A DNA stretch of 42,809 nucleotides from Clostridia bacterium (GTDB lineage: Bacteria; Bacillota; Clostridia; Christensenellales; UBA1242). Location of the stretch: NCBI GenBank assembly GCA_017408305.1, contig JAFQUU010000009.1:1-42809 (forward strand), given 5' to 3'. Position 1 is the first letter of the stretch. Each line of letters starts with the position of its first letter. Positions 27,592 through 34,365 of this stretch are shown one piece after another. Position numbers and translations under genes: made by a program. Below the pieces are notes generated by a model. The model made no database searches, was not told the origin of the DNA, and worked only from the letters and a program-made list of their open reading frames with translations.

Positions 27592-27683
27592 AAGCGAGTA
27601 CCACCACGCATTGAAGTTGGCACTATATTTATCAACTTAGATTTAACTGCTGTATGTCTAAAGATTTTTTTATCTTTTTTCAT
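27588..27683 (-). CDS. Small basic DNA-binding peptide (gokushovirus ORF8 / phiX J-like)
   Basis: Below the ORF-track size cut-off. MKKDKKIFRHTAVKSKLINIVPTSMRGGTRL (31 aa, highly basic). The C-terminal MRGGxRL resembles the chlamydiaphage ORF8 end as I remember it. Confidence 0.5.
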   Translation of the reverse strand: MKKDKKIFRHTAVKSKLINIVPTSMRGGTRL

Positions 27684-27684
27684 G

Positions 27685-28017
27685 TTAGTTGGACGACGTT
27701 TCAATGCACACCTCCTTTTTTTGTGGAGTTGATAATATTTTTTCTATTTCTGCAATAAAATCTTCTTCTGCAAAATCAATATCATTTTGTAAACACAACA
27801 TTTGAATTTGATTCAAAACAAGACTACGCTTCACTTCACCACTACCTCTGCCAATAAGTTTTTCAACTTGGTTAATAATATTAGGCAGTTTTTGGACAAT
27901 TTGAGCAAGCTTAAGTGTTTTCGTTTTTTTATTGCTTTTAAAGAAATTAACAACTGCAATAATTGATGTTACAATTGTAATACAACAGGTAACAATAATC
28001 TCTGGGTCATCAAACAT
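27685..28017 (-). CDS. Single-TM membrane protein, phage holin-like (LL-H-family resemblance)
   Basis: ATG 28017 lies 5 nt after AAGGAG. The track GTG at 28023 overlaps the SD. 110 aa. N-terminal TM (IIVTCCITIVTSIIAVVNFF), then GSGEVKRSLVLNQIQMLC...DIDFAEEDFIAEIEKIL. Confidence 0.5.
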   Translation of the reverse strand: MFDDPEIIVTCCITIVTSIIAVVNFFKSNKKTKTLKLAQIVQKLPNIINQVEKLIGRGSGEVKRSLVLNQIQMLCLQNDIDFAEEDFIAEIEKILSTPQKKEVCIETSSN

Positions 28018-28073
28018 ATTCACTCCTTCTTTAATTTAAAATTGTTATACAAGACAAAAAAACCAAAAAAAAA

Positions 28074-28101
28074 CTTTTCGCTTTAGTTGTCTTTAGCGAA
28101 A
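28074..28101. repeat. attR (dif-like core): CTTTTCGCTTTAGTTGTCTTTAGCGAAA
   Basis: Direct repeat of attL with two substitutions (AA to TT) in the left arm. The right-arm palindrome extends to 28103 (…GCGAAAAG). Confidence 0.85.
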
Positions 28102-28260
28102 AGTTAAAAGTCTCAAAATATTTTGAAAATTTGTGCCACCCTTTTCTACAAAAAAATTAAAAAAACTTAAAAATTGCATAATGATTGTTGTTATAAAACT
28201 TTAAAAGTACAAAAAATTTGCTTTTGCTGTGGAATTTGCTTGCAAAATATTGTTTAAATA

Positions 28261-28286
28261 AAAAAAATTGGCTCGTAAAGCCAATT
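28261..28286 (-). terminator. Terminator of the 317-aa gene
   Basis: AATTGGCT (28266-28273) / AGCCAATT (28279-28286). The A7 run on + gives a T run on the - strand. Confidence 0.7.
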
Positions 28287-28357
28287 AAAAATATTACGAT
28301 TTTGACCAGTTTTTACAATTTTTTAGAACAGCAACCCCGTTAAAATTTGGGAATATT

Positions 28358-29311
28358 TTATACACCCTGCACTAATTTATTAAAGAATTTGTTGATGTCT
28401 TGATATTGGACTTGGCACATATCATCTTCAAAAATCTTTTTGTTTGTAGAAGATATTGAAAACAATTTTCTTATAGGAGTGTTTATTAAATAATTTGTTG
28501 CAAAAACAAAATTATCATAAATATCTTCACTTTCAAACGCTGAGTATGGCAAATTTGCAATCAAACTTTCCATAAAAAGCCCTTTTGAAGAGTCCTGCAT
28601 CAAATGTTCATAAAGACCTTTGAAACAAATAACAAGTTGCAGAAGCTTTTCTGAAAAAGATTGTTTTAAAAGGTGGTTTATGTTTTGAAAGTAATCAACC
28701 AGTTTGAATTCTTTTAGTTTTTTCTTGTTTGGTGCGTAAAACAAAAATGTTGAGTCTTCTTTTTTGATGACAGGATAAATTCTTATATTATACGGCACAT
28801 TTTTACCTTGCACGCCAATTACGCCTCTTGCAGAAAAAGCAACATCATCTTGGGTGATTTCTTTGGCGATTGCATGCACAAGGTCTTTTGTAAAATAAGC
28901 CAAATTATAGTCTTCTTTGTGTGTTTCATAAAGGTTTACAGGTGCTTCTTCTGCACTTTGTTTTTTGCGTTTTTTCTTCTTTTTTTTCTTTTTACGGTTT
29001 GCCCAAGCGTATTTTAACCTTTCTTTAAAGATTACCCATTTGTTTTTAAAAAGTTTATGGGTGTTAAGTTCTATTTGAGGGTTATTAACTAAAACAAAGA
29101 GGTCTATCGTTGAAGAAGGAAGCACGGCACCAGAATAAAATGACCCAAATGGCAAAATTTCAAAGTCTTTTGATACATAAGGATTTACATCTGAAATGGC
29201 TGAAAGTGCATTTTGAACAATTGTTGTTGCAAAACCTAGGCCCTGCAGTGCCACTTCATCATTTAGGCTTTCTGCAAAATTTTTTATGGTTGATTTATCA
29301 ATTTTTATCAA
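28358..29311 (-). CDS. Hypothetical protein with a degenerate Pol-beta/CD-NTase-like nucleotidyltransferase fold and a poly-Lys insert
   Basis: 317 aa. PFGSFYSGAVLPSSTIDLFVLV resembles the hG[GS]-x(9-13)-DxD NTase motif, but the second acidic residue is Phe. Insert NRKKKKKKKKRKKQ. Confidence 0.45.
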   Translation of the reverse strand: MIKIDKSTIKNFAESLNDEVALQGLGFATTIVQNALSAISDVNPYVSKDFEILPFGSFYSGAVLPSSTIDLFVLVNNPQIELNTHKLFKNKWVIFKERLKYAWANRKKKKKKKKRKKQSAEEAPVNLYETHKEDYNLAYFTKDLVHAIAKEITQDDVAFSARGVIGVQGKNVPYNIRIYPVIKKEDSTFLFYAPNKKKLKEFKLVDYFQNINHLLKQSFSEKLLQLVICFKGLYEHLMQDSSKGLFMESLIANLPYSAFESEDIYDNFVFATNYLINTPIRKLFSISSTNKKIFEDDMCQVQYQDINKFFNKLVQGV

Positions 29312-29331
29312 CTACTTCTTCACTCCCCTTC

Positions 29332-30612
29332 TTATTTTTTTGGAGCCAAAATTGTTTGTCCACCCATAAATGGCCTTAAAACTTCCGGAATTGTAACTGT
29401 GCCATCGGCATTTTGGAATTGTTCTACAATTGCTGGCATAAGGCGTGTTGTTGCAAGCCCAGATGCATTAAGGATATGGCAAAACTTGTTTTTGCCTGTT
29501 TTTGAGTCTTTATAGCGAATGTTGCCCCTTCTTGCTTGATAGTCCCTAGCGTTGCTGGCAGAAGAAACTTCCTTATAGATATTCATGCTTGGAAGCCAAA
29601 CTTCTATATCATAAGTGCGTGCCATACTGTGAGAACAGTCTGCAGCCGCAAGTTTGCTGGTTTGAAAATGAAGGCCAAGTTTTTCCATAAGGCTTTCTGC
29701 TTTGCCAACAAGTTCCATAAACGCTTCGTCAGATTTTTCTGGTGTTGTGTATTGAAACATTTCAACCTTATTGAATTGATATCCCCTAATCATACCTCTT
29801 TCCTCTGTGCGATAACTGCCAACCTCGCAACGATAGCAAGGAGTGTAAGCAAAGTATTTTTTAGGAAGGTCTTCTTCTTTCAAAATTTCATTTCTGTGAT
29901 AGTTTACAAGTGCTGTTTCTGCAGTTGGCAAAATAAACTTTCTTGGTTCAACGCCTTCAAGCCAGAAAACATCTTCCTTAAATTTTGGGAACTGCCCTGC
30001 AACCAAACCACTTTCGTAATTTAAGATGTGTGGTGGCAAAATAAATTCATAACCATCTTTAAGGTGTTCTGAAATAAAGAAATTTAAAAGTGCCCATTCA
30101 AGCCTTGCACCATCGCCCTTGTAAATCCAAGTGCCACGCCCTGAAATTTTGCTTGCCCTTTCATAGTCAATAAGCCCAAGGCTTTCGCAAAGTTCAACAT
30201 GGTCTTTAGGTTCAAAATCAAAATGTGGTTTTTCGCCAAAAACATTAACAGGCTTATTGTTTTCTTTGCCACCAGGAAGCAGGTCTGCATCAGGAATGTT
30301 TGGAAGTGCTGACATAAAATCAAAAATCTTATCACTAAGCACCTTAACTTGTTCATCAAGGGCTTCAATTTCTTTGTTTATGCCCTTCACTTCTTGAAAG
30401 ATATGTTCTGCACTTTGGCCGGCTTTTTTAAGTGCTGGAACCTCAGATGACAAGGTGTTTCTTTTGGCCTTAAGTTCATCAGCCTTTGCCATAAGGCGAT
30501 TTTTTGTTTCATAGTCTTTAAGAAGTTCGTCAAAGTTTGTGTCCCAATTTTTCTTAAGAAGGGCCTGCCTTACTTTTTCTGGGTTTTCTTTAATTAAATT
30601 AATATCAATCAT
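29332..30612 (-). CDS. serS: Seryl-tRNA synthetase
   Basis: 426 aa from ATG 30612 (MIDINLIKENPEKV...). Coiled-coil tRNA arm and class II motifs (RGYQFNKVEMF, GLATTRL). The track start at 30714 is an upstream extension. Confidence 0.95.
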   Translation of the reverse strand: MIDINLIKENPEKVRQALLKKNWDTNFDELLKDYETKNRLMAKADELKAKRNTLSSEVPALKKAGQSAEHIFQEVKGINKEIEALDEQVKVLSDKIFDFMSALPNIPDADLLPGGKENNKPVNVFGEKPHFDFEPKDHVELCESLGLIDYERASKISGRGTWIYKGDGARLEWALLNFFISEHLKDGYEFILPPHILNYESGLVAGQFPKFKEDVFWLEGVEPRKFILPTAETALVNYHRNEILKEEDLPKKYFAYTPCYRCEVGSYRTEERGMIRGYQFNKVEMFQYTTPEKSDEAFMELVGKAESLMEKLGLHFQTSKLAAADCSHSMARTYDIEVWLPSMNIYKEVSSASNARDYQARRGNIRYKDSKTGKNKFCHILNASGLATTRLMPAIVEQFQNADGTVTIPEVLRPFMGGQTILAPKK

Positions 30613-30677
30613 ATTTCGTATCCTTTTACTTGGTAATATAACACTTTTGTAAAAAAAAATCAAGAAGATAAATTCAT

Positions 30678-30706
30678 TTGCGATTATTTTTTTTGTATGG
30701 TAATAT
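30678..30706 (+). promoter_or_regulatory. Promoter TTGCGA-17-TGgTAATAT abutting the recombinase ATG
   Basis: -35 at 30678-30683, TG-extended -10 at 30698-30706. The ATG at 30713 is only 6 nt downstream and no SD is present. Confidence 0.45.
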
Positions 30707-30712
30707 AAAAGC

Positions 30713-31753
30713 ATGAGTCAGTACTTTATTGAAAGAGATAAAAAAAATTTGAATGAAATTAAAAATTATCAAAAAAAACTGCCTTCTTTTTGCCAAAATT
30801 ATTTTTTGGATAAAGAAACCACTTCTTCCACTTCTACCCGTCTTGCAATTGCTATAGACCTAAGCGTTTTTTTTGAGTTTATTAAAAAATACAAATTTTC
30901 TGGCACTAAAGTTGAAAATATCTCCTACCACCAAATGTCTAAAATTGAAAGTGATGATATTTCAAGTTTCTTAAGTTATATTTCTTACTACGAGCATAAT
31001 GGAAAAAACTATAAAAACTCCAATAACGGAAAGTCCAGAAAACTTGCAAGCATTAGAAGCCTATTTAAATGGCTTTATAAGAAAAATTACATACAAAGTG
31101 ATGTCGCTGCCAAAATTGATACACCAAAAAAGCACGAAAAGCCTATTGTTAGGCTTGAGGCAGATGAAGTTGCAAAGATGCTTAACACCACAGAAGATGG
31201 AAGTTTTGAAATGTCAAAACGCCAAGTAAAATACCTGCAAAACACTTCTAAACGAGACACTGCCATCTTAACGCTTTTTTTGTCAACAGGAATTCGCGTA
31301 AGCGAATGTGTTGGGCTTGACCTTGATGACTTTGATTTTGACAACAATGCATTTAAAATCACAAGAAAAGGTGGCAATCAAACAATCTTGTATTTTACTG
31401 AAGAAACCAAAGACGCCCTGCTTGATTGGCTTGAGGTTAGAGCAAATTCTATGATTCCAGAAGAAGAAACTGCGATGTTCACTTCACTACAAAAAAGACG
31501 GCTTACTGTTCGGGCTGTTGAATACATCGTAAAAAAATATGCAAAGTTTGTAAACCCACTGAAAAAAATATCCCCACATAAACTGAGAAGCACTTTTGGC
31601 ACCAACCTATATCGTGGGACAGGCGATATTTATATTGTTGCAGATGTTTTGGGACATAAAGATATTAATGTAACAAAACGCCACTATGCAGCCATTGCAG
31701 AAGACTCTAAAAAAACTGCTGCCCAAATTATAAAACTTAGAGATAAAAAATAG
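30713..31753 (+). CDS. Xer-family tyrosine recombinase, XerS-like (long N-terminal domain)
   Basis: 346 aa. Catalytic blocks TGIRVSECVGLDLDDF (Arg), ITRKGGNQT (Lys hairpin), HKLRSTFGTNLY (HxxR), LGHKDINVTKRHY (His, Tyr). Length and the RKGG block resemble streptococcal XerS rather than the ~300-aa XerC/D. Confidence 0.85.
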   Translation: MSQYFIERDKKNLNEIKNYQKKLPSFCQNYFLDKETTSSTSTRLAIAIDLSVFFEFIKKYKFSGTKVENISYHQMSKIESDDISSFLSYISYYEHNGKNYKNSNNGKSRKLASIRSLFKWLYKKNYIQSDVAAKIDTPKKHEKPIVRLEADEVAKMLNTTEDGSFEMSKRQVKYLQNTSKRDTAILTLFLSTGIRVSECVGLDLDDFDFDNNAFKITRKGGNQTILYFTEETKDALLDWLEVRANSMIPEEETAMFTSLQKRRLTVRAVEYIVKKYAKFVNPLKKISPHKLRSTFGTNLYRGTGDIYIVADVLGHKDINVTKRHYAAIAEDSKKTAAQIIKLRDKK

Positions 31754-31781
31754 TTTTGGAAATCTCCAAAACTATTTTTTT
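31751..31781. terminator. Bidirectional terminator shared by the recombinase gene and miaA
   Basis: TAGTTTTGGA-AATC-TCCAAAACTA (10-bp stem) containing both stop codons. Flanked by an A run and a T run. Confidence 0.8.
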
Positions 31782-32509
31782 ATAGTATTTAGCACTTTTT
31801 GCGTGTTGTCTAAATCTAATGCATTAAGCCAAACAAGAGAAGGCATACTTCTTAGCCAAGTTAGTTGCCTTTTTGCAAAGTTTCTGCTGTGCTGGCAAAT
31901 CTTATCCACTGCTTCTTCATAAGTCATAAGCCCATCAAGCCAAAGAAGAAGTTCTCTGTAGCCTATCCCCTTGCCTGCTTGAAGATTAACATTAAGCCCT
32001 TTGTCCCTTAATGCCTTAACCTCATCAACAAGGCCATTTTTAAGCATGTTTTCCACCCTTAAATTGATTCTTTGGTATAACTCTTCTCTATCATCAAAAT
32101 TAAGGGCAAAAAGGTGGTATTTTAGGGCGAATTTATTTTGGTACACCTCTTCACTGATGCCTGCCTTTTCAAAAGTATAGTTATTGATAAGTGCTGAGAT
32201 ATATAAGTTTGTGCCACCAACAATAATTGGTGTTTTGCCTCTTGAAATTATATCGTCAATAAGTTTTTTAGCACGATTTACAAACATAAAGGCATTAAAT
32301 TTTTCAGTAAACTCTAAAATATCAATCATATGATGGGCTATGCCAGATTTTTCTTCTTCTGTTATTTTGGCAGAGCCAATATCAAGCCCTCTATAAACTT
32401 GAGTAGCATCTGCAGAAATAATTTCGCCATCAAGCATTTTTGCAAGGTTTACTGCAAGTGCACTTTTGCCAACTGCTGTTGGCCCAAGAATTACAATAAC
32501 ATCTTTCAT
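31772..32509 (-). CDS. miaA: tRNA dimethylallyltransferase
   Basis: 245 aa. P-loop GPTAVGKS, ISADATQVYRGLDIGSAKIT, HHMIDIL, RQLTWLR. Shorter than typical MiaA. Confidence 0.9.
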   Translation of the reverse strand: MKDVIVILGPTAVGKSALAVNLAKMLDGEIISADATQVYRGLDIGSAKITEEEKSGIAHHMIDILEFTEKFNAFMFVNRAKKLIDDIISRGKTPIIVGGTNLYISALINNYTFEKAGISEEVYQNKFALKYHLFALNFDDREELYQRINLRVENMLKNGLVDEVKALRDKGLNVNLQAGKGIGYRELLLWLDGLMTYEEAVDKICQHSRNFAKRQLTWLRSMPSLVWLNALDLDNTQKVLNTIKK

Positions 32510-34362
32510 TACACAATCCTTTTAAACCATTTTTCTATTTCACGCTTTGTGATTTCATAAACAAACGGCCTGCCATGTGGGCAACGCAAAATTTTGTGGT
32601 TTTCAAGGTCTTTAAGTAGTGATTCAATATCTTCATCACAAAGTTTGTCCCCTGCTTTTACGGCCGCCTTGCAAGCAGTTATGGCCAAAAAGTCTTTTAA
32701 CAAAGATTTTATTGAAAGTTTAGAGCCATTTAAGTTTTGTTTGATTGACAAAATAAACTCTTTAAAGTCAATATCACGGATTATTGTTGGCACTTCAATA
32801 ATGCGAAATAAATTTGGTCCAGACTCAACAATATTTATTCCCAGACTTAAAAAATCATCAAGATGATTTAAGAAAAATGTGGACTCTTCTGTGCTTGTTT
32901 TAAAACTGTATGGATAAAGCAGCATTTGACAGCCAATTTGATTGTTTTGCATTTCTTGCATAAACTTATCGTAAAGTTTTCTTTCATGGCAGGCGTGCTG
33001 ATCAACAACCAAAATTTTTTCACCCACCTCAAGAAAAATGTAGGTGTTAAATGCCGTGCCAATAATTTTGTATAACGGTTTTTCTTTTTCATCAATAAAA
33101 GTTTCTTGAGTTTCTTCAAAGTTTAAAGATTTATTAAACACATCTTCAATATTTGAAACCTCTTCTTCTATTGTCATATCATAATTGTCATCTTCTTGGT
33201 CAACGCTTAAATTTACATTAAAGATTTCATTTGGGCTGGCCTCAAGATTTAAAGCATCTTTTTTATAACTTATGCCATAAGAACTTGAAATTATTTCTGC
33301 CTCTTTTTTAAAGTCTATTGTTTCTTTTTGCATACTAAACGCATTTTTTATGCCAAATATTTCATCAAACTTTTGGCACTGACTTTTCTCAAGTGCAGCC
33401 TCTAAAGCCTTGATAAAAAATGTTGTAATTTCTCGGCTATTTTCGTACTTCACTTCTTGCTTTGATGGGTGAATGTTAACATCAACACTTTCAAACGGAA
33501 TTTTAAAGTTTAAAAAGCAAATGGGAAAGTTGCCATGCATTAGATAATCTTGATAAGCAAAAATAATAGCATTTTCCATATAAATATCTTTTACCATTCT
33601 TCCGTTTATGAAAGACACAATAAAAGATTTGTTTGGTTTTGAAATTTCTGGCCTTGAGATATAACCTTCTAAAGCATAGTCGCCTTCTTGAAAGTCAACT
33701 TTTATAAGGTTGTCAGCAATTTCTTTGCCATAAATTAGGTAAATATTGTCAAAAAGGTTTGTGCCAAGTGTGCTGTACATCATCTTGCCATTTGTAAAAT
33801 ACTTAAATTTAATTTTGGGGTAAGACAGCATAAACCTTTCAACAATCTTGGTGATTTCGTTTTCTTCAATTTTGGGGCGATTTAAAAACTTTTTGCGTGC
33901 TGGAGTATTTAAAAAAAGGTTTTTGACAACAATTTTTGTACCTTTATTAAACGCACATTCTTTTGTTTCTTGTGCCTCTCCTGCAGACATAACAAGCAAA
34001 GTGCCAATTTCAGCTTCAACGGTTTTGGTTGTCAAAACAACTTCGCTTACTGCTTGAATGCTTGAAAGTGCCTCTCCCCTAAACCCAAGTGTTGCAATAG
34101 CGTCAAGGTCTTCCCTTGCAGAGATTTTGCTTGTTGCATGTGGCAAAAACGCCTTTACAACATCTTCTTTTTCAATTCCACAGCCGTTGTCTGTGATCGA
34201 GATTGTATTTATGCCACCCTCTTCAACCTCAATGGTTATTTCAGTGGCACCAGCGTCTATACTGTTTTCAACAAGTTCTTTCACAACTGACGCTGGTTTT
34301 TCAACCACTTCGCCTGCAGAAATCATGCTGAAAAGTTTTTTATCTAAAACATTTATTTTCAT
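32509..34362 (-). CDS. mutL: DNA mismatch repair protein MutL
   Basis: 617 aa. GHKL ATPase (ELVENSIDAG, DNGCGI, GFRGEAL). Confidence 0.95.
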   Translation of the reverse strand: MKINVLDKKLFSMISAGEVVEKPASVVKELVENSIDAGATEITIEVEEGGINTISITDNGCGIEKEDVVKAFLPHATSKISAREDLDAIATLGFRGEALSSIQAVSEVVLTTKTVEAEIGTLLVMSAGEAQETKECAFNKGTKIVVKNLFLNTPARKKFLNRPKIEENEITKIVERFMLSYPKIKFKYFTNGKMMYSTLGTNLFDNIYLIYGKEIADNLIKVDFQEGDYALEGYISRPEISKPNKSFIVSFINGRMVKDIYMENAIIFAYQDYLMHGNFPICFLNFKIPFESVDVNIHPSKQEVKYENSREITTFFIKALEAALEKSQCQKFDEIFGIKNAFSMQKETIDFKKEAEIISSSYGISYKKDALNLEASPNEIFNVNLSVDQEDDNYDMTIEEEVSNIEDVFNKSLNFEETQETFIDEKEKPLYKIIGTAFNTYIFLEVGEKILVVDQHACHERKLYDKFMQEMQNNQIGCQMLLYPYSFKTSTEESTFFLNHLDDFLSLGINIVESGPNLFRIIEVPTIIRDIDFKEFILSIKQNLNGSKLSIKSLLKDFLAITACKAAVKAGDKLCDEDIESLLKDLENHKILRCPHGRPFVYEITKREIEKWFKRIV

Positions 34363-34365
34363 GTC

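Larger units (their letters stand above)
22955..28103 (-). mobile_element. Integrated gokushovirus-like Microviridae prophage (~5.1 kb, integrase-less)
   Basis: Nine co-oriented, overlapping or abutting ORFs including VP1, VP2, VP3 and VP4 homologues. Bounded by 28-bp direct repeats (26/28 identical) spaced 5,119 bp apart. Confidence 0.9.

Noticed and set aside
28960-29000. Homopolymeric T/A runs encoding the poly-Lys insert of the 317-aa protein as a slipped-strand phase switch.
   Set aside because: The runs are interrupted (maximum about 8 nt) and the ORF is intact. This cannot be judged from a single sequence, so it is mentioned only as a check under the NTase-like finding.
30613-30712. 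Possible T-box riboswitch upstream of serS.
   Set aside because: Only about 100 bp lie between serS and the divergent recombinase gene. A TG-extended promoter (TTGATT-17-TATATT) leaves a leader of roughly 25 nt, too short for a T-box, and no T-box sequence (AANNNGGGTGGTACCGCG-like) is seen.
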